A stretch of 62,459 bases of DNA from a virus (Duplodnaviria > Caudoviricetes). The stretch spans positions 1 to 62,459 of IMG/VR virus record IMGVR_UViG_3300042549_003483. One strand, 5' to 3'. Under the pieces are notes generated by a model. That model saw only the letters and a program-made list of their open reading frames with translations. It made no database searches and was not told the DNA's origin. Made by a program: the position numbers and the translations under genes. This document shows positions 19,930 through 30,221 of the stretch, piece by piece. Each line of letters opens with the position of its first letter. The stretch's first letter is position 1.

Positions 19930-22900
19930 GTGGACGAATATGATCAAGTCCTAAACGCTAGCACAGGTACCGTGCCCGATGAGTACGACCTTATCGTGCC
20001 CGGTGCCAAGACAAGCTTTAAAGACCTTTACAAAGATAATCAGCTTATTGATGTAGCCCGTAGCTACTTCTCTCAGCGTGATGGACGTGATCTATCTCAG
20101 GCTTCTCCTGAGGAAGTTGCTGATCTGTTCGTGTCAGACCGTACTTGGAAACAATCCAATACGGTTTCGATCCTGCGTGAGTTGAACTACATCACTGGCG
20201 GAACCGTAGATGAAGCCGACGCTGCCCAAAAGCAGCGTTTGGCTTTTTTGCGTAAGCGGTGGGATGAACTACCCGGCTTGTTTGATAAAGGCGGTCGTGG
20301 CGTAAGCGGTGCGCTTTCCAACGTGTGGCGCGGTGCCCTAGACCCATCCATCGTAGCTGGTGGTGCTGCTGGTAAAGCTGCATCAACGCTTGTTGGTAAA
20401 GGCGCTGCAACAGCCGCAGGTATTGCTGCCGGTACTGCTGTCGATGCCGGTATCAGTGCTGGCGTTGATGCTGCCAATCAGCAGGTTGATGTAGAGACTG
20501 GTCGTCAGACTGAGGTTGACCTTGGCCAAGCTGCTGTAGCTGGTGCCATTGGCGGTGCTGCGTCACTTGGTGGTCAAGCCCTTGCCTCATGGCTCAACGC
20601 TAGGGGAGCTGGGAAGGCCGCTGGTGAAGTTGCAGAAGAGGTTGGTACTCCTAAGCCTACTTCCGCTGAGCGCGCTGCTGAGGCCATTGCAGGGGTAAAA
20701 ACGGACAATCCTGCAATCGTAGCTACAGAGGCTCTGATCAGTGCCCGTAGTGGGCAAGGTCCATCTACTACACCCGCCATGAACTTCTCCACGATCAAGA
20801 ACGATACCGATATCGTCAAGGCCATGAAGGGCCTGATTGATATCAACGGTAACTATGCTGATCCGGATGCAGTTCGTCGTGGTACGGTTAGTACGGCACA
20901 GACGATTCAAGACGCATTCTCGTTTGCTGATGATCCCAAATACATTGAAAATTATCTAAGCCGCCAGCGCGGTATGGGCTTCGTCAACACAGAAGACGTC
21001 GTTGCCGCAAAGCGTGTGATGATGCACATGTTCCAGAATGCTGCAAACCTTAACGACATTGCCAAAGCTGCAGGAGCAACTGCCGAAGACAAGGCACGTG
21101 CGCTACAGGCTATGCAGGTTGCTGGTCGGTCTTTTGAAGTGTTTACTGGCGCCCGTACGGAACAAGGTCGTGCGCTACGTGCGCTACAGATTATTCCGGG
21201 TGAGTCTCCTGAGAAGACGCTACAGATGTTCTTTGAGAACCTCAATAAGAGCAAGGGAACTGGCGCTGGCGTCGGCAAGATTGGTATTGGCTACGATGAT
21301 TTTGATAGCGTCAGCAAAATGTTTGACCAAGCCATTAAGGATGGCAACGCAAAGGGTGCTGCTGCTGTCGGCAAGGCTCTAGCTGATCCAACAGGATGGG
21401 ATAAGTTCCGTGAAGCCTACATCATGGGCCTACTAAGCAACCCACAGACGCTCATCGTTAATGCATTTGGTAACAGCCTAGCCCTAGGCATGAACATTGC
21501 GGAAACTTGGGTAACTGCTGGCGTTGGTGGTATGCGCGCTGCTGTCGGCTCTAAAGCACCACGTGTCACTTTTGAGGAAGCTGCTGCCAAGACCGGGGCT
21601 ATGTTTGCAGGTATCCGTGATGGCTCTCGTATGTTTATGAAAGCTCTCACTGACGAGAACTTTGCAGATAGCTACTACGGCATGGCACTAGAGCAGGTTC
21701 GTGGTCCTGCCATTGGTGGTGTCACCGGTAAGGTCATTAGAGTTCCCGGTCGGTTTATGGCTGCTACGGACCAGTTCTACCGCGCCCTTGCCAAGCACAT
21801 GGCAGAGCAAGAATTTGTCATGCGTGAGGTTGCTTCTGGTCGGCTGGCTAAAGAAGACGTGTCGAAGCTGCTACAGAATCCCACCAAGGAAATGATGCAG
21901 CATGTTGCCAAAGAAATGGACTATTGGACGTTCCAAAAGGAACTTGGCCAAGCTGGTAAAGCTCTACAAAGTATTTCACAGTCCAATGCAGTCGGTACTG
22001 TGCTGATGCCGTTCGTACGTACGCCGATTAACCTTCTTAAGTTCGTAGTCGAGCGCACACCGATGGCTAACATGCTTATGTCTGAGAGCCGCAATGCTCT
22101 CATTCCCGGTGGTGTTGGCAGTCTGGCGACTCCTGCTGGCCTAGCTGAACTTGTGACCAAGCACAGCATCGACCGGGACGTAGCTGTGGCCCGACTTCTG
22201 ACAGGCTCAATGCTGTTCTCCCTTGGTGCAATGATGGCACAAGCTGGTGTCCTTACTGGATCAGGACCGGCCGACAAGGACCAGAAGCGGGTATGGGAAG
22301 ACGCCCATAAGCCCTATTCGATTTGGAACCCGCTTAATAAAGAGTGGGTACAGATCAACAAACTTGATCCTATCGTAACATTCCTAGGTCTAGGGGCTGA
22401 TATTGGCTCTCTTGTAGAGGAAGTTATGGAGAAGGACAAGGGGGATATCTTTGCCGCCATTCGTCGTATTCACGGGGACAAGCAGTTTGAATACGTAATG
22501 AATATTCTCGGCTCAAACATCGCTGAAAAGACGATGCTGACTGGTATTTCAAACGTAATGGAAGCTTTCCAGAGCGAGAACATGTTTCAGAACTGGCTCA
22601 ATAACGTTGCCCGTACTGCGGTGCCACGTGTTGTTGCACAGGCTGAACGTGTTTTTGATCCTACTCAGCGTGCGCCAGAGAACATCGGTGAAGCCATTCA
22701 GCAGGATATTCCGGGGCTGTCTAGCGCCGTTCGTCCTCTTGTCGGTGCTTTTGGCGAAGAGCGTAAGCAGGGTGGCTCGACAGCTATTGCGGAAAATATC
22801 GGACGAGAAAGCGGGCCTATTCGTTCTCTGGACGATTTTCTTAGCCCTACAACTCTTGTTGATTTTCTCAGCCCATTCTGGAAGACGGTAGATAAGCCTA

Positions 22901-23310
22901 ACAAGTTCCGTGATGTAGTTATTGAAATGCACGAAGACCTTTATAGCCGTGGTAAGACTGGTCTTGTTATCAAGCCAGCCGAGCGGGACTATAAAGGTGT
23001 CAAGCTAAATCCGGAGCAGTATCAGTATCGGCAGACAAGGCTTGGTCAGCGTACAAATGAGTTTGGTAATTACTATGTAAAACAACCTTATTGGGAAAGG
23101 TTGCGAGATGACCAGAAAGCTCTTCTACTAGAAAGAGCTATTACGTTTGCTCGTGAGGTATCCAACAACGAACTGCTGGCTAAGTTCCCAGAACTAGAAA
23201 AGCAGACCAAGTACAAAGAGATGGATAGAATGTTCAATAACTTTACCCCAGAAAATGTTGAGCGGAATCTAAACCGTCAGTTGGGGCCACGTAACGAAGG
23301 GGCAAGGTAA
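19930..23310 (+). CDS. Large internal virion/ejection protein
   Basis: 1126 aa; LLSNPQT..VN..GN, PFVRTPINL, GVLTGSGP, PYSI motifs. Confidence 0.75.
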   Translation: MDEYDQVLNASTGTVPDEYDLIVPGAKTSFKDLYKDNQLIDVARSYFSQRDGRDLSQASPEEVADLFVSDRTWKQSNTVSILRELNYITGGTVDEADAAQKQRLAFLRKRWDELPGLFDKGGRGVSGALSNVWRGALDPSIVAGGAAGKAASTLVGKGAATAAGIAAGTAVDAGISAGVDAANQQVDVETGRQTEVDLGQAAVAGAIGGAASLGGQALASWLNARGAGKAAGEVAEEVGTPKPTSAERAAEAIAGVKTDNPAIVATEALISARSGQGPSTTPAMNFSTIKNDTDIVKAMKGLIDINGNYADPDAVRRGTVSTAQTIQDAFSFADDPKYIENYLSRQRGMGFVNTEDVVAAKRVMMHMFQNAANLNDIAKAAGATAEDKARALQAMQVAGRSFEVFTGARTEQGRALRALQIIPGESPEKTLQMFFENLNKSKGTGAGVGKIGIGYDDFDSVSKMFDQAIKDGNAKGAAAVGKALADPTGWDKFREAYIMGLLSNPQTLIVNAFGNSLALGMNIAETWVTAGVGGMRAAVGSKAPRVTFEEAAAKTGAMFAGIRDGSRMFMKALTDENFADSYYGMALEQVRGPAIGGVTGKVIRVPGRFMAATDQFYRALAKHMAEQEFVMREVASGRLAKEDVSKLLQNPTKEMMQHVAKEMDYWTFQKELGQAGKALQSISQSNAVGTVLMPFVRTPINLLKFVVERTPMANMLMSESRNALIPGGVGSLATPAGLAELVTKHSIDRDVAVARLLTGSMLFSLGAMMAQAGVLTGSGPADKDQKRVWEDAHKPYSIWNPLNKEWVQINKLDPIVTFLGLGADIGSLVEEVMEKDKGDIFAAIRRIHGDKQFEYVMNILGSNIAEKTMLTGISNVMEAFQSENMFQNWLNNVARTAVPRVVAQAERVFDPTQRAPENIGEAIQQDIPGLSSAVRPLVGAFGEERKQGGSTAIAENIGRESGPIRSLDDFLSPTTLVDFLSPFWKTVDKPNKFRDVVIEMHEDLYSRGKTGLVIKPAERDYKGVKLNPEQYQYRQTRLGQRTNEFGNYYVKQPYWERLRDDQKALLLERAITFAREVSNNELLAKFPELEKQTKYKEMDRMFNNFTPENVERNLNRQLGPRNEGAR

Positions 23311-23540
23311 TGGACTATGAAAAAATCCTAGATGATCTATATGCAGATATGGAGGCGAACCCCGCGCCTCCATCCCCTGTCGGATCGCGTCTAGTTCCGG
23401 GTGGGCAGACTCAGAGGGACGATAGCTGGTTCACAGGTTGGCGTAATGATCAGCGCAAGATGCGGGATCAGATGAAAGAGCAGGGCCAAGAAGAGGCAGC
23501 ATTTCGTCGCCAATGGAATGATGCTTTTCTTAACCGCTAA
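23310..23540 (+). CDS. Hypothetical protein
   Basis: 76 aa, coupled to the upstream gene. Confidence 0.55.
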   Translation: MDYEKILDDLYADMEANPAPPSPVGSRLVPGGQTQRDDSWFTGWRNDQRKMRDQMKEQGQEEAAFRRQWNDAFLNR

Positions 23541-23598
23541 AGCAATGGGCGTAGCAGGTGTCGCCGGCCCTATATTTTCTGATAATGAGGAGCGTTAG

Positions 23599-23880
23599 GT
23601 GGGAGAATGGCAACTATTCCTTATGATCGGAGGGTTCATTCTTATACTCTTCGCTCAAACATGGGCAGTTATTACGTATCTGCTGAACAAAATCTCAGAG
23701 GGTGATAGAGACGTGAAGACTGCTGTAACAGCCCTCCAAGATAAGATTGTGACAAGATCAGAATATGAGCGGGATGCCGGTAACACACAGGCAGAAATCC
23801 GAGCTATGAGGCAAGAGTTAAACAGCAAGTTTGACATGTTGTTTACTGCCCTGATTAAGAAAAAGGAAAGTAATGACTAA
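23599..23880 (+). CDS. Holin-like membrane protein
   Basis: N-terminal TM plus coiled coil, directly before the endolysin. Confidence 0.5.
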   Translation: MGEWQLFLMIGGFILILFAQTWAVITYLLNKISEGDRDVKTAVTALQDKIVTRSEYERDAGNTQAEIRAMRQELNSKFDMLFTALIKKKESND

Positions 23881-24550
23881 GCAACTACCGCGTGGCGTAC
23901 GTCTTAATAACCCCGGTAATCTGGAAAAGAATGGTACGCCATGGCAGGGTCTTGCAAAGGACCAGCCTGACGAGCGGTTCTATAAGTTTGATGATGCTGC
24001 GTGGGGTATTCGGGCTATGGCCCGTACCCTGATCACGTATCAGGACAAGCACAACATCAAGACCGTACGCGGGATCATCAATCGTTGGGCACCGCCACAC
24101 GAGAACAACACGCAAGCCTACATGATGCATGTGGCTGAACTGTTGGAAGTGTCGGTTGATGAGGAGATTGACGTTCACCAGCACACTGTTACGGCACCGC
24201 TGGTCAAGGCAATCATCCGCCACGAAAACGGTCAACAGCCCTATTCGGATGATGTGATCAACGAGGGCCTAAAGAGGGCAGGGGTACTTGCTCCGGCAAA
24301 GCCCCTAACCAAGTCCCGCACTGTGCAGGGAACCACTGTAGCCGCTGCTGGCGGCGCTGTAGCAGCCACCGTAGGCGTTGCTGAGGCTGTCCAGCCGCTT
24401 GTGGAGAACGTCGGTATCCTTGCCCCGATGGTACAAACTATCATCGGTCTTGATCCGACAGTGCTGGCTGTAGTCGGCGCTATTGCCGTAGCTGGTGCTC
24501 TATACGCCCTATATGCACGTTGGCAGGATCGTAAGAATGGGATTCATTAA
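23873..24550 (+). CDS. Endolysin (lysozyme-like) with C-terminal hydrophobic helices
   Basis: PRGVRLNNPGNL, IINRWAPPHENNT, AIIRHENG. Confidence 0.85.
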   Translation: MTKQLPRGVRLNNPGNLEKNGTPWQGLAKDQPDERFYKFDDAAWGIRAMARTLITYQDKHNIKTVRGIINRWAPPHENNTQAYMMHVAELLEVSVDEEIDVHQHTVTAPLVKAIIRHENGQQPYSDDVINEGLKRAGVLAPAKPLTKSRTVQGTTVAAAGGAVAATVGVAEAVQPLVENVGILAPMVQTIIGLDPTVLAVVGAIAVAGALYALYARWQDRKNGIH

Positions 24551-24770
24551 TACAATTTGGCTTAAGCTAGCCGGTGCGCTGGCAGCTATTGGCGCTGTTC
24601 TCGCTGTTCTTGGTATGGCTAAGCGTGCTGGACGCAAGGAGGCACAGGCAGAGCAGCTAGAAATTCAATTTGAGAAGGTAGAGAATGCTAACAAAGTTGA
24701 AGATGCTGTTCGCAAGCTTGGCGATGGCACTGCTGCTAGCGAGTTGCGCTCAAAGTGGAGCCGCGATTGA
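24537..24770 (+). CDS. i-spanin (Rz-like)
   Basis: N-terminal TM, coiled coil, ends LRSKWSRD. Confidence 0.65.
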   Translation: MGFINTIWLKLAGALAAIGAVLAVLGMAKRAGRKEAQAEQLEIQFEKVENANKVEDAVRKLGDGTAASELRSKWSRD

Positions 24771-24882
24771 TCATTGTAGTTGGGTTAATCCCATTTATAT
24801 TAGTCAGTCTGATGTGCTTTCTGATGGAACCGCGCGGCAAATCCTGACACATAACCAAACATGGTCAGTGAACTGTAAGTAA
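24703..24882 (+). CDS. o-spanin lipoprotein (Rz1-like)
   Basis: Lipobox LLLASC; overlaps the i-spanin in another frame. Confidence 0.7.
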   Translation: MLFASLAMALLLASCAQSGAAIDHCSWVNPIYISQSDVLSDGTARQILTHNQTWSVNCK

Positions 24883-24886
24883 AACG

Positions 24887-24927
24887 AAAAAAGCCCCAAG
24901 GGAGAAATCCCAAGGGGCTTTTTTTTT
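24887..24927. terminator. Bidirectional terminator between the converging arms
   Basis: A6-GCCCC..GGGA-gaaa-TCCC..GGGGC followed by a long T run. Confidence 0.9.
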
Positions 24928-25112
24928 TATTTTAATTCTATTTTTCTACGGCGCTCGTCAAGCTGCGCTAGGCACGCTCGCTTCTCATCATTCTCCATTA
25001 CGGACCAGCTTTTAATCTCTGCAATGTTACGGTAGCAGCCCGCACACAGCCAGCCCCGAATCAGCGTACAGACACCGATACAGGGGCTGGGCCACTCTTT
25101 AGATGAGGACAC
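24927..25112 (-). CDS. DUF1289-like small Cys protein
   Basis: SPCIGVC..CAGCYRNIAEIKSW. Confidence 0.75.
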   Translation of the reverse strand: MSSSKEWPSPCIGVCTLIRGWLCAGCYRNIAEIKSWSVMENDEKRACLAQLDERRRKIELK

Positions 25113-25713
25113 TGAGCGCCGTACCTACAGCTAGACCAGTCAGGATTTCACCCTTCTCAATCACACCCTTCGCACCTTCAATCGGAGGATCAGGCAGGAA
25201 GCGTGCAATGATGTAGGCCAACGGTGTTAGCAACGTCATTGCCAGCACGAACTGCCATGCTGCAACTGCACCGGCAAAATACCACATGGGCGCTAGGAAA
25301 ATAAGACCACGGAGCAGTCCCGTAAATCCGCCATGCACAAAGTCCGTGAGCAGCTTCCACCACTCCGGGTCTTCCCGGCGATAACGCCAACCCAGATTCC
25401 AAAGCCACTCAGTGTGCCATTCGGAATCGCTGTATGTTTGGGTTGGTCTGATCCACGTACCTGCATCTTGAAAACAGCTATGGGCAAGAAGCATAGTCAG
25501 AAATGCAGCTAGGCTCATGCTTGCTGCGAACAGCGGGTTGAAGGTGTTTAGCAGAGTGATTAAGAAGATGGGTGAAGCCCACCACACCACACGCTGCTTG
25601 AAGCTGGTATGAGGCCATACCTTCTCATGTCCTCGAAACCTATACGACAGCCCTGCAAAAACTGCATCGGCTGCAACACGTAGAAACTCAATCACGATGT
25701 GAGAGCCTCCCAA
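25099..25713 (-). CDS. Multi-pass membrane protein
   Basis: 204 aa with several hydrophobic segments. Confidence 0.6.
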   Translation of the reverse strand: MGGSHIVIEFLRVAADAVFAGLSYRFRGHEKVWPHTSFKQRVVWWASPIFLITLLNTFNPLFAASMSLAAFLTMLLAHSCFQDAGTWIRPTQTYSDSEWHTEWLWNLGWRYRREDPEWWKLLTDFVHGGFTGLLRGLIFLAPMWYFAGAVAAWQFVLAMTLLTPLAYIIARFLPDPPIEGAKGVIEKGEILTGLAVGTALSVLI

Positions 25714-26354
25714 CTAACTGGAAAGAGCGGTTGAATTACGTCACCGACCATCTTGGCAAGGTCTTGGATTTCTTTCTGCGCATGGTCGTCTGTGCGTTGC
25801 TTATAGAACCGTGCGTAAGCGGCAAGAGAGCCGGTCCAATACCAGCTAGTCATCATCGACTGCGGAAGTACCATACGTGCTTGTTCTGGTGCTACGCCCT
25901 CCTCAATCATCTGTTTATACAGACTAAGAATGTCCTCACAATATCGTTTGTATGCTTCGGACAGCTTGATGTTAACCCCATCATCACCAAACCAAAACAC
26001 AACAGGATCAATCAGTTCATCAGAAGAACCTTGCTTCTTATTATCAGCCCGCTGACGCCAGCCGTCAGGTACAAAGAACGTAGGCTCCGCATCAACATAG
26101 CGACGGCTAACCTCGTTCCATACAAACCCCACCACATGCTTCTGGCACTGCCGAGCAACGAAGATAGGCGCTGTAATACGTAGACAAATTTGGGGATGTG
26201 CTAGCGGACTCCAATGAGCATGGTCTGCCAAGTATTTGATAAGCCGGGTGTTTTGTTCTGGGCTGTAGTTCTCATGGGTTTTGTCGAATGACACACGGGC
26301 TGCATCGACCACCCGCATGTCATCTCCCATATGGTCGATGTATTCAGCTTTCAT
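25692..26354 (-). CDS. thyX: Flavin-dependent thymidylate synthase
   Basis: AARVSF, HWSPL, PIFVARQ, NEVSRRYV, EQARMVLPQS, HAQKEI. Confidence 0.95.
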   Translation of the reverse strand: MKAEYIDHMGDDMRVVDAARVSFDKTHENYSPEQNTRLIKYLADHAHWSPLAHPQICLRITAPIFVARQCQKHVVGFVWNEVSRRYVDAEPTFFVPDGWRQRADNKKQGSSDELIDPVVFWFGDDGVNIKLSEAYKRYCEDILSLYKQMIEEGVAPEQARMVLPQSMMTSWYWTGSLAAYARFYKQRTDDHAQKEIQDLAKMVGDVIQPLFPVSWEALTS

Positions 26355-26595
26355 TAAAATACTTTTCCAAATCTGTGTAACCGCCAATTAGCGTGTCACC
26401 GTTGTAGATAATGGGAACCGTCTTGAACCCCTTGGCCATCATCCGCTCACGGATAGTGGGGTTCTTCGTAAGATTAATATACGCCCACCACATTTGTTTC
26501 TGCTCTAGAAGCTGTTTTGCTTTGACGCAGTATGGGCAGTTGTCCCGCCCATAAATCAGGAATGCGTCAACTGATTTGGTTTCCTCGGTCGTCAA
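26344..26595 (-). CDS. Glutaredoxin
   Basis: CPYC, TVP, IGGYTDL. Confidence 0.93.
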   Translation of the reverse strand: MTTEETKSVDAFLIYGRDNCPYCVKAKQLLEQKQMWWAYINLTKNPTIRERMMAKGFKTVPIIYNGDTLIGGYTDLEKYFNES

Positions 26596-26779
26596 AGTAC
26601 TTATGTCCGTCCTTGTATTGAATGGCCATGCAAGCAGCAGTTTTAACCGCGCTTAGTGCAGCCTCTTCGGTTTCATACGAGCTATAGTAAGCCCAATTAG
26701 GATACTCAGGCGAGCCCACATTTACGTCAACACGAAAGACGCCGCATAAGTATGCAATTCTATATTTACGCATTCTCAT
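26567..26779 (-). CDS. Hypothetical protein
   Basis: Fills the gap between phoH and glutaredoxin. Confidence 0.45.
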   Translation of the reverse strand: MRMRKYRIAYLCGVFRVDVNVGSPEYPNWAYYSSYETEEAALSAVKTAACMAIQYKDGHKYFDDRGNQIS

Positions 26780-27426
26780 AATCCTCAAACGCCTGTACCC
26801 ACATGGCACAGCTTTCACTACGAACTACATCACGTCGTGAAAACTGAACGACAGGAACAGGCAGACGTTGGGTTTCAATGATATGCAGGATCGACGCTAG
26901 GCCGTTCTTTTTGTACACGTCAGTCTGTGCCAGATCGCCTGTCACGACAATCTTGGACCGTTGTCCAGCCCGTGTCAGGAACATCTTAATCTGGTCGTAG
27001 GACGTGTTCTGAGCTTCGTCTAGCAGCACGAACGCATCATCGAAGGTACGACCACGCATGGTGCTAAGAGGGGCAATTTCGATCTGCCCTTCCTTCATTG
27101 CAAACTGGCGTCGGGCTTTGCCCATGCGGCGATCTAGAGCCTCGATTACTGGAATCACCCAATGACCGAATTTCATTTCCATATCGCCGGGGAAGTAGCC
27201 TAGCTCCTCACCGCCAGCGCCGATCACTGGCCTCGTGATGACGATCCGGTTGATCTTGCCATCCATGAACGCATCCAGTGCCAGCAGGACCAGCGCCGAT
27301 AACGGCGTCTTCGGATAGAACTGATTTGATATAGGTTTTCTGCTTGTCATTGAGAGGTACTAACGGCTCCCTTTGTGGCGGAATTTTACTTGGTGCGTTC
27401 TTACGTACTGGCTTTGTTCGTGGCAT
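26766..27426 (-). pseudogene. phoH: PhoH-family ATPase, frameshifted by a deletion at Walker A
   Basis: One frame ends ..GAGPAGTG and another starts ALDAF..; MRGRTF, LDEAQN, FLTR, GDLAQTD intact; KT of Walker A missing. Confidence 0.85.
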
Positions 27427-27589
27427 TGGTTCGCTTTAGGTTATCGAAATAAGCTGCGTTCACACCGGCTTCCCACTCTTTGTTGGGCAGGGTACCCGGC
27501 TTGTATGGATTGTCCCATAGACGTCCATACCGGAAGGCGTCCCGACCTTGGTAGAAAGCCGGGAGCCGATCAGACTTAGTTGGTGTCAA
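27401..27589 (-). CDS. RMF-like small protein
   Basis: AFYQGRDAF..NPY....KEWEAG motif; TTG start. Confidence 0.5.
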   Translation of the reverse strand: MTPTKSDRLPAFYQGRDAFRYGRLWDNPYKPGTLPNKEWEAGVNAAYFDNLKRTNATNKAST

Positions 27590-28043
27590 ATTTGTTACCT
27601 TTACTAAGGTTCTCTTTTGCAGGAAGATATTGTAGGTTCCAAGGAACATGAAGCCCGCACACAATTTCATTTGTGATCGGCACTATGTGATCCACGTGAT
27701 ACCCCGGTGGGCACCCTATATACACAGCTTCAATGTCTGCCTTGGTTAGCTTAGATAGCCTACAGTTCCACATAAGAATACGACGGAGAGCTTCTCGCGC
27801 CCTGTATCGTGGTTTGTTTCTTTTATAGTGTCCTCGTGACGAGATACGTTTAATTTCTAGCCATCGCTCTCTATTTTCACTACGCCAGCGGTACATGGTG
27901 GCGCGGACAGTTTCCCAATTTTCAGCACGGTATTTTTTACCGTGCTGCCTGTCATATTCTTTCTGGTGCTCTGATGTGGCACGGCGGCGCCTCATATACT
28001 CGCGCCGAAACGCTCGCCGCTTCTCAGGATCAGCGTACGGCAT
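27576..28043 (-). CDS. Free-standing HNH homing endonuclease
   Basis: [30 protein letters not shown]. Confidence 0.88.
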   Translation of the reverse strand: MPYADPEKRRAFRREYMRRRRATSEHQKEYDRQHGKKYRAENWETVRATMYRWRSENRERWLEIKRISSRGHYKRNKPRYRAREALRRILMWNCRLSKLTKADIEAVYIGCPPGYHVDHIVPITNEIVCGLHVPWNLQYLPAKENLSKGNKFDTN

Positions 28044-29719
28044 TAAATACCGCAGCTACCGCCCTTGCCGGTCACGTCACAGATATCGACGTGGACCACG
28101 TTCTCATCGAAAGTTTTACCTAGGTTTTCCACAGCTTCTGAATAGGAAACGGCAGTGATTGGCTGCCCGCCTCTTGCGCCATCGCTGTAGCAGGTGAACC
28201 CACGTAGGCGGTGTGCATATTTGGCCAAAGTCTGTGCAAACGGCGCTACTGTATCCTCATTGTTCAGTCCCGAACCCCACCGGGGAAGATTGATCGTGGA
28301 ACTGATTGCCATATCCACATAATCCTGCACGTCAGCTTGGAATTTGATACGCTTCTCAAAATCGTTGGCTAGGTCTAGTGCACTTTCGATCTTGTCCGGA
28401 TCAGCGCCATACCTGTCGATCAGGTCACGGGCAGCACCATCAACTACGTATTGATACTTCCACTTTGTTCCGTCGAGGAACCGCCGCTTGTACGCAACAG
28501 CAAAGATAGGCTCAATACCAGTAGAAGTCCCGGCAAGAATACCAATAGTGCCAGTTGGGGCGATAGCACGGTTAGCAACAGGGCGAGAGATACCAAGTGC
28601 ATCAGCGTACTCTCTAGAAACCTTATCAGACACGCTCTTATAAACGGCCAGCCAACGATGGAGTTCTGGACCGACTTCATATGGAAGTCCTCGCTGAATA
28701 AGCCACTCGTGAAGGCCCATGAGGCCAAGCCCTAGCCGCCGGTTCTTGGCACGTACGGCATGTACCTTCTGGAAAGGTAGATGGGCACGAAGAGTGCCGC
28801 AGATTAGGAACTGTGTGGCTAGTGTTACAACATCAACTAGCTCTTCTAGAGAGCTAATACGGCTAAGGTTAATAGACCCAAGGTTACAAACATCAGAGTC
28901 ATCCTCAGACGTAACCTCAGTACATGCATTACGTAGTGTCTCTCGCTCCTTGCCAAAGAAGTTGAAACTAAATCCCGGCTCTGCCGAAGAAAGCGCCTGA
29001 CGTACGTTCTGCAGGAATGTCTCACCAACATCACCTGTCTTCCAATAGTTGAGAAGCCAATCTGTATCGTAGTTCAAACTGATATTGGTCATGTCCAGCG
29101 GGGCAGGGAAGTTGAAGTCCTGCTGCTTAATATCCCACAGCGTCTTGCCCGTACCGCCGACCGGCATAGAGTGCCAATCCTTAGCCTTGAGAAAGGCACC
29201 AGCATCAGGATGCTTCCAGTTGAGGCTGGCGTAGATGGCGGAACGACGGGAACCACCCTGCATAATCTCACGACCGATTTCGTTGATCATGCGCATCTTG
29301 CTGATCGGACCAGACGCCACACCACCTGTGCGGCTCAGCTTGGCACCGGAAGGGCGGTACACAGAGTAGTCAACACCAATGCCACCACCTGTGGCTAGGC
29401 AGGACTCAGCACGCCAGCTAAGGTCAGCCCAATCCTCTCGGGTATCCTCTTCTGCACGGAGTAGGTAACAGTTGTTATAAAAACGATTAGGGCGGCCAGC
29501 GTAGTACAGATAGCGGCCACCCGGAATAAAGCGCATTTCAGCGATATGCTTTGCAAGGTCTGCCTTGTCGGTAGGAGGCATGTTAATACCGACAACATCC
29601 TCAACCAGTGTTACGGCCAGTTCATCCCATGTCTCTGCACCGTCATGGGCATACTTCTGGTCGAAAATTCTCTCAGCAAACTCTGTGCGAAATGCTGGAT
29701 TACGATTAGACTTCCACAA
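28043..29719 (-). CDS. nrdJ: Class II (adenosylcobalamin-dependent) ribonucleotide reductase
   Basis: PGGRYL, NNC, NACTE, CNLGSIN, RRLGLG, APTGT, C-terminal Cys pair; no beta-subunit gene nearby. Confidence 0.9.
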   Translation of the reverse strand: MWKSNRNPAFRTEFAERIFDQKYAHDGAETWDELAVTLVEDVVGINMPPTDKADLAKHIAEMRFIPGGRYLYYAGRPNRFYNNCYLLRAEEDTREDWADLSWRAESCLATGGGIGVDYSVYRPSGAKLSRTGGVASGPISKMRMINEIGREIMQGGSRRSAIYASLNWKHPDAGAFLKAKDWHSMPVGGTGKTLWDIKQQDFNFPAPLDMTNISLNYDTDWLLNYWKTGDVGETFLQNVRQALSSAEPGFSFNFFGKERETLRNACTEVTSEDDSDVCNLGSINLSRISSLEELVDVVTLATQFLICGTLRAHLPFQKVHAVRAKNRRLGLGLMGLHEWLIQRGLPYEVGPELHRWLAVYKSVSDKVSREYADALGISRPVANRAIAPTGTIGILAGTSTGIEPIFAVAYKRRFLDGTKWKYQYVVDGAARDLIDRYGADPDKIESALDLANDFEKRIKFQADVQDYVDMAISSTINLPRWGSGLNNEDTVAPFAQTLAKYAHRLRGFTCYSDGARGGQPITAVSYSEAVENLGKTFDENVVHVDICDVTGKGGSCGI

Positions 29720-29780
29720 AATACTACTCCCTCAAATTAAGACAAAAGAGGGTATATATACCACAGTACAGTAGAGTTGG

Positions 29781-30221
29781 TCAAGGCTTTTTTACCAGAT
29801 CAGTAAGGTTTACCTTGGGATGATCGGCTGGCTTTACTAGCTTTCCATCCTCACGAATAGTACCGTTCTTGATCTTGGCTAGATTGTTCTCATGGATACG
29901 GGCACGAGCAATGCTAACGGAAGAGGAGTCAAAGAACGTAGCAAGGAAGTAGTGCAGAACATACTCTAGGTCGAGAGCTTCCTTTAGAACGTTCTCTGCT
30001 GGCTCGCCAGTATTGACGGCAGTCTCTAGCTCGTTAATCTCCTCATTGATCAGGTTGGCGCAAAGCTCTAGGGCATCTGCGTAGGTCTGGCCAGCGTTAG
30101 CCACACTCAGTTGCCGGGTTACGCCATAGTCGAAGATGTTGCCCTGTTGCCCCTTGGTTTTCGTATGAATGGCCTCAAGGAAGTAGTTGAGATTGTGCTC
30201 AGGCTGCTGGTTGATTAACAT
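29781..30221 (-). CDS. MazG/PRA-PH-like nucleotide pyrophosphohydrolase
   Basis: LINEEINEL..LKEALDLEYV..IHENN.AK..REDGKLVKP. Confidence 0.8.
   Translation of the reverse strand: MLINQQPEHNLNYFLEAIHTKTKGQQGNIFDYGVTRQLSVANAGQTYADALELCANLINEEINELETAVNTGEPAENVLKEALDLEYVLHYFLATFFDSSSVSIARARIHENNLAKIKNGTIREDGKLVKPADHPKVNLTDLVKKP

Noticed and set aside
26766-27426. Programmed frameshift producing functional PhoH
   Set aside because: The essential Walker A Lys-Thr is missing in both frames, so a shift could not restore activity.
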